Assembly (NCBI GenBank): GCA_963796105.1
Contig: CAWCKJ010000007.1
Coordinates: 64,001 to 128,000 of the forward strand
Length of the DNA stretch: 64,000 nt
DNA from: a candidate division FCPU426 bacterium
GTDB lineage: Bacteria > Oederibacteriota > Muellerivitia > Muellerivitales > Muellerivitaceae
Direction of reading: 5' to 3'
The notes beneath the pieces are model-generated. The model did no database searches. It was given only the letters and a program-made list of their open reading frames with translations, and was not told the DNA's origin. Positions 10,169-22,841 of the stretch are shown one piece after another; positions within the stretch are counted from its first letter, which is position 1; each line of letters begins with the position of its first letter. A program made the position numbers and the translations under genes.

Positions 10169-11815
10169 TCAAGGCATGTATTTTTGCTGGCTCACCGGCA
10201 CATACCAGCGCTCGGGATGCCAGCCGATTCCGTTGTGGTTGGTTTCCAATCCCTTGTATCGCTTGTGAACGGCCGGAAGGGCGTAAGGCACATAGAGGAA
10301 TGTCGCGGCCACGTCGTCGGCCAGTATCTTATGGATTCTCTGGTAGATCTTGGCCCTCTTGGCCGGATCCAGGGTTTCCCTTCCCTCCACCAGCAGACGG
10401 TCCACGGTCCGGTTCTTGTAATCCACCATGTTGTACTGGTGCTCCCCCATCTGGGAGGAGTGCCAGGTCAGGTAACAGTCTGGCTCCGGCCCGAACTGCC
10501 AGCCCATGACCATGGCGTCGTATTTTCGCTTGTTGATGTACTCGCTCAAAAGGGTGGTCCATTCCATGATCTGGGGCTGGCAATCCACCCCGATTTCCTT
10601 CAACTGCTGTTGGACGATGGTGGCGATTCGCTCTCGGCTTACGTTGCCCTGGTTGGTGAAAAGCTTGAAGCGGAACGGGGTCTTCTTGCCCCTGAGGGTC
10701 TTCACCAGGATTCCATCCGGCCCCGGCCTCCACCCGGCTTTCTTCAGGAGTTTTTTCGCCCCCTCCAGGTCGAACGGCAGGGGTTTTACCTTCTTATTGC
10801 ATGCCCAGGAATTAGGGACAAAGGGCCCGGTGCAGATACTTCCCAGCCCGTAAACCACGTTTTGGATGATGGCCTGGCGGTCGATGGCCATGGTAAGGGC
10901 TTTTCTCACCTGCAGGTCCTTAAAAAGGGGATTTTCCAGGTTCCAGCCTATGTAAATGTAAACGAATTGATCCGTCTGGTACTTGTCATAGAAATCGGTG
11001 AAGCGGGAAGTATCCGTTTCCTTGGCGTATTGTTCCGGGGTCAGGGTTCCGGTGGTCCAGGCCCCCATGGCGTCCGTTTCCCCCTTCAGCAGGCTTAGAA
11101 ACTCGGAGGACTGGTCCGGAATGATGCGCATGATGAAGCGCTTGATATGGGGTTTGCCCTCCCAATAATCGGGATTGGCCTCCAGCGCGATTTGCTGGTC
11201 GGTTTTCCATTTCACGAACCGGTAAGGCCCTGTGCCAATGGGGTGGCGGTTGAAGGCGTCATAGTGGTTGATGTCCTTTCCGTCCAAAAGGTGCATGGGA
11301 AGGATGGCTCCGAAGGTGTTAGTCAAAGCCGGCGCGAAGGCTTTCTTATAAATGACCTGGACCGTGTAGGGATCCAGGATCTTGACGTCCTTGATGTATT
11401 GGTAATCGGCTCCAAAGGGGGTGTTGACCGTCGGGTCGGTATAGACTTTATAGGTAAAAAGAACGTCGTTGGCCGTGAACTCCACCCCGTCGTGGAACTT
11501 CACGCCTTTTCGGAGGTAATACGTGATTGTTTTTCCGTCCTTGGAGACGGTCCACTTTTCCGCCAGGCATGGTTCCAACTCCATGTTCTGGTTGTATCGA
11601 AGGAGGCCGTTGAAAACCAGGCTGATGATGTCACCGCCCGAGCTTTCATCCGACAGGACGGGATTGAGGGTCTTGGCGTCCCCGATGGAAGACTCAATCA
11701 GCATGTCCCCGTCGGCCACGGACCCGCCCTGCTGGTAGATCTTGGGATCGACCTTTTTACAACCCACTGGAAGCAAGAACAATAAAACAAAAATAGATAA
11801 GAATACTTTAGGCAT
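10169..11815 (-). CDS. oppA: Peptide ABC transporter substrate-binding lipoprotein (family 5)
   Basis: Lipobox LPVGC; LRKGVKFHDG, PIGTGPY, VRKALTMAIDR. Confidence 0.92.
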   Translation of the reverse strand: MPKVFLSIFVLLFLLPVGCKKVDPKIYQQGGSVADGDMLIESSIGDAKTLNPVLSDESSGGDIISLVFNGLLRYNQNMELEPCLAEKWTVSKDGKTITYYLRKGVKFHDGVEFTANDVLFTYKVYTDPTVNTPFGADYQYIKDVKILDPYTVQVIYKKAFAPALTNTFGAILPMHLLDGKDINHYDAFNRHPIGTGPYRFVKWKTDQQIALEANPDYWEGKPHIKRFIMRIIPDQSSEFLSLLKGETDAMGAWTTGTLTPEQYAKETDTSRFTDFYDKYQTDQFVYIYIGWNLENPLFKDLQVRKALTMAIDRQAIIQNVVYGLGSICTGPFVPNSWACNKKVKPLPFDLEGAKKLLKKAGWRPGPDGILVKTLRGKKTPFRFKLFTNQGNVSRERIATIVQQQLKEIGVDCQPQIMEWTTLLSEYINKRKYDAMVMGWQFGPEPDCYLTWHSSQMGEHQYNMVDYKNRTVDRLLVEGRETLDPAKRAKIYQRIHKILADDVAATFLYVPYALPAVHKRYKGLETNHNGIGWHPERWYVPVSQQKYMP

Positions 11816-11891
11816 TAATTATTAACCTCGTGTGCGGAGTTATCTCAAGGCAATATTATTTCTAATTCCCAATTCCTAACTTCTAATTATT

Positions 11892-14555
11892 TTACGCTCC
11901 GTGGCACTTCTTGAATTTCTTCCCCGAACCGCACCAACAAGGCTCATTACGGCCGACCTTGGGGCCGTCCCTCCGAATCGGCGCCACTTTGGCTTGGGCC
12001 TGGGGCTGGCTGCCCTGGGCCTGCCATGGGTCCATTCCAGGCGGGGGTCCCATGCCGGGAGGAAGTCCCGGGGCGACAGGCATGGGCTGGGGCGCAGGTT
12101 GCTGGGCCACGGCCGCGGTGGGATCGAATTCGGGGTGTTCTTCTTTCATCATAATGGGCCTTTGCCCGAACATCTGGTCGGAGGCCTTCACGGTTTGGAC
12201 CAGGAAGATGAGCTTGAGGGTATCCTCCTCGATTCTGCCCAGCATTTCCATGAACAGCGACAATCCTTCCCTCTTGTACTCGATGAGCGGGTCTTTTCCC
12301 CCGTAGGATTGGAGGCCGATCCCTTCTTTTAGATGGTCCATGGAAAGAAGGTGGTCCTTCCACTGGTTGTCTATGACTTCCAAAAGAATGGCCCTTTCCA
12401 GGGTGCGCATGACCTCCGGGGTGAGGGCCTTTTCCTTGACCTCGTAGGCTTTCACCATCTCATCCTGAAGGGCCTTGAAGATTCCCTCGCGGTCCATCAG
12501 CCTGATGTTTTCCATCTTCCAAACTAGATCCGTCTGGAAGATTCCCTTGTGCCACTTCATCAGGCCCGGAATGTCCCATTCCTCGGACTTGTTCTTCTCG
12601 GGCATGTAAACTTCCACCCCGTCCGCGGCCACGTCCTCCACGATCTGGATCATATGGGAGCGGATGTCAGGCTCCCGGAGGACCCGGTTGCGTTCCTTAT
12701 AAATGCGCTCCCTCTGCTTGTTCATGACGTCGTCGTATTCCAGCAGGTGCTTGCGGATGTCGAAGTTATGCCCTTCCACGGCTTTCTGGGACCGCTCGAT
12801 GGCCTTGGAAACCCATGGATGGGAGATGACCTCGCCTTCCTGCATTCCCAGCTTGGTCATCCAGTCCTTGAGCCGGTCGCTCCCGAAAATGCGCATGAGG
12901 TCGTCCTCGAGGGCCACGTAAAAGAGCGAGAACCCGGGGTCCCCCTGCCGGCCGGAACGGCCGCGCAATTGGTTGTCGATCCGGCGGCTCTCGTGCCGTT
13001 CGGTTCCCAGCACCGCGAGACCCCCCACTTCCTTCACGCCGGGCCCCAGAACGATGTCCGTTCCACGTCCCGCCATGTTGGTGGCGATGGTGACGGCCCC
13101 CGGCTGGCCCGCCAAGGCGATGATCTCGGCTTCCCTGTCGTGGAACTTGGCGTTCAAGACCTCGTGCTTGACCCCCCGCTTCTTCAGCATGGAGGAAAGC
13201 AGTTCGTTCTTCTCGATGGAGACAGTGCCCACGAGGACCGGTTGTTTTTTCTCGTTCATCTGGTGGATCTCTTCCACGATGGCGTTGAATTTTTCCTTTT
13301 GGGTACGGTAAACCGCGTCGGGTTCGTCCTTACGGACCATGGGCCGGTGGGTGGGCACGCAGATGACGTCCAGCTTGTAAATCTCCTTGAACTCGGAGGC
13401 CTCGGTCTCGGCGGTTCCGGTCATGCCGGAGAGTTTCTTGTACATGCGGAAGAAATTCTGGAAGGTGATGGTGGCCAGGGTCTGGTTTTCCGCCTCGATC
13501 TTGACCTTTTCCTTCGCTTCCAAGGCCTGGTGAAGGCCGTCCGAGTAGCGCCGTCCCGGCATGATGCGCCCCGTGAACTCGTCCACGATGATGACTTCCC
13601 CGTCCTTCACGATATAGTCCACGTCCCTCTTGAAAATGACGTGGGCCTTCAGGCCCTGGTTGACGTGGTGAACCAGCTGGACGTTCTTGTGGTCATATAG
13701 GTTGTCCACCTTCAGGAGCTGTTCCACGTGCCGGACACCCGGCTCCGTGAGGAAGGCCGCCCGGGTCTTTTCCTCGATGTCGTAATCCGGTCCCTTCTTC
13801 AAGGCCGGGATGATCCGGTCGATGCGGTAGTAGAGGTCGGTGGATTCCTCGGAGGGCCCCGAAATGATCAAGGGAGTGCGGGCCTCGTCCACCAGGATGC
13901 TGTCCACCTCGTCCACGATGGCGTAATTCAGGTTGCGCTGGACCACGTAGTCCATGGTGGTGGCCATATTGTCGCGGAGGTAGTCGAATCCCATCTCGTT
14001 ATTGGTGCCATAGGTGATGTCGCAGCCATAGTTATCCTTGCGCTGCTGGTAGGAGAGGCCGTGCTTGATGACCCCGCAGGACATGCCCAGGAAGTTGTAG
14101 ATGTTGGCCATGCCCTTGAAGTTTCCGAGTCCCAAACTGTCGCGTTCGGCCAGATAGTCGTTGACCGTGACCACGTGCACGCCCTTGCCCTCCAGGGCGT
14201 TCAGGTAAACCGGCAAAGTGGCCACGAGGGTTTTTCCCTCGCCCGTTTTCATCTCGGCGATGCGCCCGGAGTGGAGCACCATTCCCCCCAGCATTTGCAC
14301 GTCGAAATGTCGCAATCCCATGACCCGCTTGGACGCTTCCCTCACGACCGCGAAGGCCTCAGGCAGGAGATCGTCCAGGGTTTCACCGTGGGTCAAGCGG
14401 TCCTTAAACTCGTTGGTTTTGGCCTTCAGCCCCTCGTCGGAAAGAGCCTGTAATTTTTGCTCGAAATCGTTGATATCCAGCAGTCTTGGCCGGATTTTCT
14501 TGATTTCACGCTCGTTTTTGCTTCCGAACATCTTAGTTAAAATCAGGTTGATCAT
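11892..14555 (-). CDS. secA: Preprotein translocase ATPase SecA
   Basis: [44 protein letters not shown]-terminal SEC-C ([14 protein letters not shown]). Confidence 0.99.
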   Translation of the reverse strand: MINLILTKMFGSKNEREIKKIRPRLLDINDFEQKLQALSDEGLKAKTNEFKDRLTHGETLDDLLPEAFAVVREASKRVMGLRHFDVQMLGGMVLHSGRIAEMKTGEGKTLVATLPVYLNALEGKGVHVVTVNDYLAERDSLGLGNFKGMANIYNFLGMSCGVIKHGLSYQQRKDNYGCDITYGTNNEMGFDYLRDNMATTMDYVVQRNLNYAIVDEVDSILVDEARTPLIISGPSEESTDLYYRIDRIIPALKKGPDYDIEEKTRAAFLTEPGVRHVEQLLKVDNLYDHKNVQLVHHVNQGLKAHVIFKRDVDYIVKDGEVIIVDEFTGRIMPGRRYSDGLHQALEAKEKVKIEAENQTLATITFQNFFRMYKKLSGMTGTAETEASEFKEIYKLDVICVPTHRPMVRKDEPDAVYRTQKEKFNAIVEEIHQMNEKKQPVLVGTVSIEKNELLSSMLKKRGVKHEVLNAKFHDREAEIIALAGQPGAVTIATNMAGRGTDIVLGPGVKEVGGLAVLGTERHESRRIDNQLRGRSGRQGDPGFSLFYVALEDDLMRIFGSDRLKDWMTKLGMQEGEVISHPWVSKAIERSQKAVEGHNFDIRKHLLEYDDVMNKQRERIYKERNRVLREPDIRSHMIQIVEDVAADGVEVYMPEKNKSEEWDIPGLMKWHKGIFQTDLVWKMENIRLMDREGIFKALQDEMVKAYEVKEKALTPEVMRTLERAILLEVIDNQWKDHLLSMDHLKEGIGLQSYGGKDPLIEYKREGLSLFMEMLGRIEEDTLKLIFLVQTVKASDQMFGQRPIMMKEEHPEFDPTAAVAQQPAPQPMPVAPGLPPGMGPPPGMDPWQAQGSQPQAQAKVAPIRRDGPKVGRNEPCWCGSGKKFKKCHGA

Positions 14556-14884
14556 GGATCCTCATTCATGGGAAGTGGCGCAAAGCCGGTTAAGTATAAG
14601 GGCTTTAAGGGGGTCGTTCAAGGCGTGAAAGGCCCTAGCTCACAGACCGCTTTACATTAAAAGCGAAACTAAAATCATTCTAGGAAACGGCCATCCGGCA
14701 GGAGGGGCTTAAGGAAGATTCTCAATTTGACCGGCGGAATCGTCTTTGAAGCGGGTAAAGGTTGAGTGGAAGTTATATTCCCTACCTTTATGCTTAATAG
14801 AAATACAAATGATGAATCCCATGGTTTGTTTTTACCCCGGGTCGGAAAGTTGAACATCCCTGATAATACTGCTATCCTTCCATC

Positions 14885-15067
14885 ATGACCGCTAAAGAGA
14901 AGGTTATCAAAGCCGTACGGGATCTGCCCGACAATGCTTCCATCGAGGACGCCATGGAGCGGTTGCTGTTCCTGGCTAAGATCGAAAAAGGGCTTGCTCA
15001 AGCCGATTCCGGCCGGACCCTTTCCCATCTTCAAGTGAAGGAAAAAATGGCGAAATGGCTGAAGTAA
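14885..15067 (+). CDS. Putative type II antitoxin
   Basis: 60-aa ORF overlapping the start of the downstream RelE/ParE toxin. Confidence 0.75.
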   Translation: MTAKEKVIKAVRDLPDNASIEDAMERLLFLAKIEKGLAQADSGRTLSHLQVKEKMAKWLK

Positions 15068-15354
15068 GGTGGACTCCACAAGCAGTTGACGATTTGGAAT
15101 CCATCGCCGATTTTATCGCCAGGGATTCCCCGCATTACGCGCGTCTCTTCGTGATCAACGTCTTGGAAGCTTTGGACCGTCTCCCTGTTTTCCCAAAATC
15201 AGGCCGAGTTGTTCCTGAATTGAAAAATCCGGCCATTAGGGAAATCATACTGGGAAACTATCGAATTGTTTACCGTCTCAAAGGTCAAATCGCGGAAATA
15301 TTAACTGTCTATCACGGGGCTAAAATGGTGAAATCCACAAAATTCAAAAACTGA
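15055..15354 (+). CDS. RelE/ParE-family toxin
   Basis: WTPQAVDDLESIADFIARDSP, FPKSGRVVPE, NYRIVYR, TVYHG. Confidence 0.88.
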   Translation: MAEVRWTPQAVDDLESIADFIARDSPHYARLFVINVLEALDRLPVFPKSGRVVPELKNPAIREIILGNYRIVYRLKGQIAEILTVYHGAKMVKSTKFKN

Positions 15355-15396
15355 AATCTTTTATGGCGATATTTTTTCGATCCGCATTTTGTTTGG

Positions 15397-15882
15397 TTAG
15401 TTTTGTTCTTTAGGAGGAGCCAGTTTCGTTTCCAGCTGTTTGATCTTATCCTTGATCCCAACCGTGTCTTTTTGCTGGGCCAGGGCTTTGACTTCCGAAT
15501 CCTTGGCCGCCTGTCTCAATACCGATGTTTGCCAAAGGCTGTAAGCCAATTTTCTTTTCTCCACGGCCAGCTGCAATTCAAATTCCGCTCTTTCCTTCTT
15601 TTCCTGAGCCTCAGCCTTCACCTTCTTAGCGGCTTTCACCCAGCGCAAATAGGCCCGCTTGGCCCTCTTTTCATAGAGGGTGGCTTCCAACCGGGAACGA
15701 TCCCAGGAGTCCTTTAAGGTTTGCGCCTCGATTTTGGCTTTTTCTAATTCCGCAACCCCCGTGGTCAGAGCCTGGTCCAGGGTGGAAGGTTTGGCATTCG
15801 GGGTTCCGGCAGGCACGGAATCGGCTCGCGAGGAATACACTAAAGCGCAACAAATTACGGCGAAAAGAAATAGGAGTTTCAT
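15397..15882 (-). CDS. Secreted coiled-coil hypothetical protein
   Basis: Signal peptide followed by a K/E/A-rich helical region; co-oriented just downstream of ligA. Confidence 0.7.
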   Translation of the reverse strand: MKLLFLFAVICCALVYSSRADSVPAGTPNAKPSTLDQALTTGVAELEKAKIEAQTLKDSWDRSRLEATLYEKRAKRAYLRWVKAAKKVKAEAQEKKERAEFELQLAVEKRKLAYSLWQTSVLRQAAKDSEVKALAQQKDTVGIKDKIKQLETKLAPPKEQN

Positions 15883-15894
15883 GGTTATTCCTTT

Positions 15895-17949
<2,055 letters not shown>

Positions 17950-17989
17950 TTAACCCATCTCCCCCAAGGGGAAAGGGAAATTTTTCGAG

Positions 17990-18721
17990 CTACTTCCCGA
18001 TTTTCAGGCGGTTGGCGAGGTAGTCGGAGAGTCCGGCGGCGAGGGTTTTCTTCATAGTGGTCTCAAAGTCGTAAGCGACCCGGCGGATGGCGATTTTCCG
18101 GGTGGAGGAATCGTAAAGGACGTAACAGGCGCGGGGGTCCCCGTCCCGGGGCTGACCCACGCTTCCAGCATTCACCAGGTACCGGCATCCGCTTTTCAGG
18201 ACGTATTCCTGGTCCTTCAATATCTCCACCGTCCCGTCCTGTTTCTGCTCGGCGATGAAAGGCTCATGGATGTGCCCGAAGAGGCAAAGGGCCCCCTCGA
18301 AATAGCGGAAGTTATTATCGATGTCCTCTTTCTTGCTCAGGTAATGCCAATCCCCGCTTTGGAAGGGGGAAGAGTGAACCAGTTGGATCTCGCCGATTTC
18401 CTCCCTCAGGCGCAGGCTTTCCAGGAACTTGAGGTGCTGGGGCTTCAGGCGCGCCTGGGTCCAGGTCAAGGCCTGGGCGGCGGGGGGATTGAAATTGGCC
18501 AAGGGAGTTTTTCCCAGACAGCCTGAGTCATGGTTGCCCAGGACCATCTTCCAACAGCGGAGGGTTTCGATAAGCTCGATGACCTCGATGGGATTGGCGT
18601 AGTACCCCACTAAATCGCCGAGGCACAAGTATTCCTGGGCCTCTTCGGCCTTCATGGCCGCGGCCACCGCGGTCATGGCTTCCAGGTTGCTATGGATGTC
18701 GGAAAAAACGCCGTAACGCAT
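17990..18721 (-). CDS. Metallophosphoesterase (YfcE/MJ0912-like)
   Basis: DIHSN, GDLVGY, GNHD, GHIH, NAGSVGQPRDG. Confidence 0.9.
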   Translation of the reverse strand: MRYGVFSDIHSNLEAMTAVAAAMKAEEAQEYLCLGDLVGYYANPIEVIELIETLRCWKMVLGNHDSGCLGKTPLANFNPPAAQALTWTQARLKPQHLKFLESLRLREEIGEIQLVHSSPFQSGDWHYLSKKEDIDNNFRYFEGALCLFGHIHEPFIAEQKQDGTVEILKDQEYVLKSGCRYLVNAGSVGQPRDGDPRACYVLYDSSTRKIAIRRVAYDFETTMKKTLAAGLSDYLANRLKIGK

Positions 18722-18870
18722 GGGACTCCTAGATGGAAAATTCAACGGCTTATTTTAGCACGGACGTTATGAAATCAACCTGGATTGGTTGGGAAAATTT
18801 CAGCGGCTTGGGGCCGCCGGGAAAATACGCGCGCGGGTGGAGAAACCAGTTTAGGGGCTTTCTCCGGGGA

Positions 18871-19287
18871 TTACTTGGCTCTCTTGTGGAGAAGATAGCT
18901 CAATATCTTCAGGCGGTTTTCCTGGCGGTCATTGTATTCCCAGAATTTTTTCAAGGAGGGAAGAAAAGCCGATTGGGTGTTCAGGCGGCCCAGGTTCTTG
19001 CCCTCGGGGCTTTTTTCCCGGAGGAGGATTCCCGTTTTTTCCAACCGCTCGAAAGGCTTAAGGACCTCCGCCATGGACCGGCCCAGGAGCCTGACGACAT
19101 CCTCGGGAGGCTCGGCCACATCCTGCTTCTTGGAAAAATAAATCAAAAGATCCCACATGACGAAGGAATCCACGACTTCGTCGATGAAGGCCTTGATTTC
19201 CTGCGGGATGTCTATTTCCACGGCAAACCCCTGATATGAGCAGTGTACATAAAACGCGACCGTTAAATATGCGCCACTTTCACTCAA
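18871..19287 (-). CDS. Hypothetical protein, possibly winged-helix
   Basis: ORF in operon context downstream of nusB; start uncertain (possibly GTG near 19221). Confidence 0.55.
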   Translation of the reverse strand: MSESGAYLTVAFYVHCSYQGFAVEIDIPQEIKAFIDEVVDSFVMWDLLIYFSKKQDVAEPPEDVVRLLGRSMAEVLKPFERLEKTGILLREKSPEGKNLGRLNTQSAFLPSLKKFWEYNDRQENRLKILSYLLHKRAK

Positions 19288-19326
19288 GCCGCCAGCTGAT
19301 CGCCCCCAACGGACGAATGATAGCCC

Positions 19327-19734
19327 TCAATTGTCTTGGACTTTATCCAATTTGTCCAAAATCCCGTTCACGAATTTCCCTGATTCCGGGGTGCTGAATT
19401 TTTTGACGATCTCAATGGCCTCGTTGATGGCTACTGATTTAGGAACGTCCTTTTCGTACAAAATCTCGTAGGCCGCCATCCTGAGGATATTGCGGTCCAC
19501 CGCCGCCATGCGGGTCAAATCCCAATTCTCAGCCAGTTCCCGGAGGCGCCGGTCGATTTCCGCGACGCTGTCCCAGGTGCATTTGACCAGGCGAAGCGCC
19601 AGGACTTTCGCGGCTTCCGGGGCGCTGGCCTGCGGAAGGAAACTCTCCTCCAGGTCCTTCAGTTGGATGGTGCCGAGGTCCATCTGGAAAAGCATCTGCA
19701 AAGCCAGTTCGCGCGACCTTCGTTTTAATCCCAT
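19327..19734 (-). CDS. nusB: Transcription antitermination factor NusB
   Basis: RRSRELALQMLFQ, DRNILR, AINEAIE, FVNGILD. Confidence 0.96.
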   Translation of the reverse strand: MGLKRRSRELALQMLFQMDLGTIQLKDLEESFLPQASAPEAAKVLALRLVKCTWDSVAEIDRRLRELAENWDLTRMAAVDRNILRMAAYEILYEKDVPKSVAINEAIEIVKKFSTPESGKFVNGILDKLDKVQDN

Positions 19735-19904
19735 AGCCTGCCTTTAAACCGGAAAACCCGGATTTCGAATTAATGTGTAACCTCTGAAAAAGTCGGCCAT
19801 CGCCTCCTTTTTCAGAAAACAAATTATGGAAACCCCACGATTTCCCGCGGAAATCTTTGGGGTCGAAACCTCTGTTGGTCGCTTTTAATAGTTTTTCAGA
19901 GGTT

Positions 19905-20375
19905 TCAATGTATTTGACCCAAAACCGAAAGCGTTTCCAAAAGGTGCAGGGCCGCCTCGGTCCCTTTGTTGTCCAGCCCGTCCCCCGCTCGCGCCAAGGC
20001 TTGCTCGAAATTCTCGGTCGTCAGGACTCCTAGCGCCACCGGCAGGCCCATCTCCTCGGATAGAATCCGCAAACCCGCCGACACCTCCCGGCCGATAACC
20101 TCATGATGCGTGGTCTCACCACGGATAATCGCGCCAAGGGCGATGACACCGTCGAACCGCCCGGTCTTGGCCAATTTCCGTGCCGTCACCGGTATTTCCC
20201 AGGCCCCTGGAACCCAGGCCACTTCCAGGTCCTGCTCCCTCACCCCTTGCTTGGACAAAGTTTCCAAGGCCCCTTCCAATAGCTTGCGGGTGATAATGTC
20301 GTTGAACCGGCTCACCACCACCGCCACGCGTTTTCCTGACCCCTCGGGAGTCCCCTCGTATGTTTTGTTTTTCAT
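19905..20375 (-). CDS. ribH: 6,7-dimethyl-8-ribityllumazine synthase
   Basis: SRFN, VPGAWEIP, IRGETTH. Confidence 0.97.
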   Translation of the reverse strand: MKNKTYEGTPEGSGKRVAVVVSRFNDIITRKLLEGALETLSKQGVREQDLEVAWVPGAWEIPVTARKLAKTGRFDGVIALGAIIRGETTHHEVIGREVSAGLRILSEEMGLPVALGVLTTENFEQALARAGDGLDNKGTEAALHLLETLSVLGQIH

Positions 20376-20390
20376 TGTAGCCCCCCGGTC

Positions 20391-21596
20391 CTATTCGCTT
20401 TTCTTATTTAAAAAATGCCCCATCTTGGAACGCTTGATGTCCAAGTACCTCGCGTTGATGGCGTTCGGGGGAATCTCGATGGGAACCCGTTCCACTACCT
20501 TCAAGCCGTATCCCTCCAAGCCCACGATTTTCTTGGGATTGTTGGTTAAGAGGCGGATTTCCCTCACTCCCAGGTCCACCAGGATCTGGGCCCCGATCCC
20601 GTAGTTGCGCAGGTCCGCTGGGAACCCCAGCTTCTCGTTGGCTTCCACCGTGTCCAGCCCCTGGTCCTGCAATTGATAAGCCTTCAATTTGTTCAGGAGG
20701 CCGATTCCCCTTCCCTCCTGCCTCATGTAAAGGACAAGACCCCTGCCTTCCTTCTCGATCTGGGCCATGGCTGAGTGTAGCTGGGCTCCGCAGTCGCACC
20801 GGAGGGAGTGGAAGACGTCCCCTGTCAGGCATTCGGAATGGACACGAACCAGGGCCGGCTTTCCGGCCAGGTCACCCTTGACCAAGGCGAGACTATCGTC
20901 GTCCTCCGTGACCGTCCGGTACACGATGAGTTTCCATTCGCCGGTTTCGGTGGGCAGCGGGATTTCCAGCACCCGCTTGACCATTTTTTCCTTTTCCTGG
21001 CGGTAATAGATGAGGTCCGCGATGGTGACAAGGGAAAGTCCGTGCCGCTTGGAGAAAACCTCCAAGTCTCCCATCCGCGCCATGCTTCCGTCGTCCTTCA
21101 TGATCTCGCAAATCATTCCCACGGGCCTCAAACCCGCCATGCGGACCAGGTCGATGACCGCCTCGGTATGGCCGGCCCGCCGAAGAACCCCCCCCTCCCG
21201 GTACATGAGGGGAAAAACGTGCCCGGGACGAGCCAGTTCCGCGGGCTTGGAAGCAGGGTCCGCCATGACTTTAATGGTCAGGGAACGGTCATGGGCCGAA
21301 ATGCCCGTCGTGATTCCGGTCTTGGCGTCCACCGAGACGGTGAAAGCGGTGCGAAAGTCGTCCTCCTGGCGGTTCACCATCATGGAAAGTCCCAGGCGTT
21401 CCAGGTCCTCGGCCATCATGGGCACGCAGATCAAGCCCCGGCCTTCCTTGGCCATGAAATTCACGGCTTCCGGCGTGACGAACTGGGCCGCCATAACCAG
21501 GTCGCCCTCGTTCTCGCGGTGTTCGTCGTCCACCACGATGACCATCCGGCCCTGGCGGATATCCTCCATGGCTTTCTCTACCCTTTTGATTTCCAT
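20391..21596 (-). CDS. ribBA: Bifunctional DHBP synthase / GTP cyclohydrolase II
   Basis: [31 protein letters not shown]. Confidence 0.98.
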   Translation of the reverse strand: MEIKRVEKAMEDIRQGRMVIVVDDEHRENEGDLVMAAQFVTPEAVNFMAKEGRGLICVPMMAEDLERLGLSMMVNRQEDDFRTAFTVSVDAKTGITTGISAHDRSLTIKVMADPASKPAELARPGHVFPLMYREGGVLRRAGHTEAVIDLVRMAGLRPVGMICEIMKDDGSMARMGDLEVFSKRHGLSLVTIADLIYYRQEKEKMVKRVLEIPLPTETGEWKLIVYRTVTEDDDSLALVKGDLAGKPALVRVHSECLTGDVFHSLRCDCGAQLHSAMAQIEKEGRGLVLYMRQEGRGIGLLNKLKAYQLQDQGLDTVEANEKLGFPADLRNYGIGAQILVDLGVREIRLLTNNPKKIVGLEGYGLKVVERVPIEIPPNAINARYLDIKRSKMGHFLNKKSE

Positions 21597-21655
21597 TCAA
21601 AATCTCTTTTCACAGCGGATGAAAGAATACATAAGTGGGGTCCCGGCATAACCTT

Positions 21656-22096
21656 TTAGAGGTATAAATCCAAGAGCATTCCCCGGATCTCGTCCAGGGC
21701 TGAGATGATCTTCATGGAATCCTGCTGGCCGACCAGCAGGAGCTGGCCCAGGTTCTCCAGGGCCTCATCCACCCTTTCGGTGGTCAAATAAACCACGAAT
21801 TTCCCGTCCTTCTTCCGGCCGTGTTTCTCCTGGAGGCGGAATGAGCCGCTCACCACCTTGTTCATGAACTTTTTCACGGAAGCTTTGTATTCCTGGAACT
21901 CCTTGCGGCCCTTGGAGGTATAAAGCTTCCTGCCCCGGTCCTCCACCTCGGCGATCAACATGGCCATTTCGGCCCTCAAGGCGGGATCTAAAACCTTCTC
22001 GATTCGCTCCTTGAAAGCCGGGGCGAATAGAGGGGCGATAGGCTGGGGCTTCTCCCCTCCCCCTACCCCTAAACCCTCTATTTTATCGATTGTCAT
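21656..22096 (-). CDS. yaaR: YaaR/DUF327-family protein
   Basis: YKASVKKFM and terminal DEIRGMLLDLYL typical of DUF327. Confidence 0.75.
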   Translation of the reverse strand: MTIDKIEGLGVGGGEKPQPIAPLFAPAFKERIEKVLDPALRAEMAMLIAEVEDRGRKLYTSKGRKEFQEYKASVKKFMNKVVSGSFRLQEKHGRKKDGKFVVYLTTERVDEALENLGQLLLVGQQDSMKIISALDEIRGMLLDLYL

Positions 22097-22704
22097 GGGA
22101 TTCCTCCCCCCGCTGAATAACCGGCCGCCAGTTTTTCCAAGTGCTTGGCCAGCATGTCCACCTCGACATCAAGCCGGTCCCCGGCTTTTTTGGCCTTCAA
22201 GTCGGTGTTTTCCATGGTATGAGGAATCAACGCCACCTCGACCCGGTCCTCCCGGATCGCCGCCACGGTCAGGCTGATGCCGTCCAGGGCGATGCTCCCC
22301 TTTTCCACCACGTAACGAACCAGGTTCTTGGGAATCTTAACCGCCATTCGTCGGCCTTCCCCCTCCGGTTTTATCTCCAGGATTTCGGCGATGCCATCCA
22401 CATGCCCTTGGACAAAATGCCCGCCGAGGGTTTGCGACAGGGTTAAGGGAAGCTCGAGGTTGACGAGAGACCCCGCGGTCAAGGCCCCTAAAACCGTCCG
22501 GCTCATGGTTTCAGGAACGGCTTGGAAAGAAAGGTATGGGGGCGCGCATTTCACCGCCGTGAGGCAGCAGCCGTTGACCGCCACACTGTCTCCAATACCC
22601 ATGCGGGACGCTGTCTGGGGCGCGTCTAAAGTCAGCCAAAGGTCATCGCCTTTTTTTTCGGCCTGGTGGACTTTTCCCACTTCCTGGATTAATCCCGTAA
22701 ACAT
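22093..22704 (-). CDS. ribE: Riboflavin synthase (alpha chain)
   Basis: N-terminal MFTG, GDSVAVNGCCLT, GGHFVQGHVD. Confidence 0.97.
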   Translation of the reverse strand: MFTGLIQEVGKVHQAEKKGDDLWLTLDAPQTASRMGIGDSVAVNGCCLTAVKCAPPYLSFQAVPETMSRTVLGALTAGSLVNLELPLTLSQTLGGHFVQGHVDGIAEILEIKPEGEGRRMAVKIPKNLVRYVVEKGSIALDGISLTVAAIREDRVEVALIPHTMENTDLKAKKAGDRLDVEVDMLAKHLEKLAAGYSAGGGIP

Positions 22705-22841
22705 GACTACCCCTTCATGAATGAACTAATAAATGAAAGCCATCAAGGGACGACCCTTCGGATCGCCACTTGGCCGGGGCATGATCCCCGACCAAGTACA
22801 CGGCTTGTCCCCGGCTAAAGCCGGGACCTGAAATCAGCCGG

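Noticed and set aside
10103..14628. Long antisense ORFs over oppA and secA (similar ones over ribBA and ribD)
   Set aside because: Shadow ORFs from GC-rich codon bias overlapping well-conserved genes
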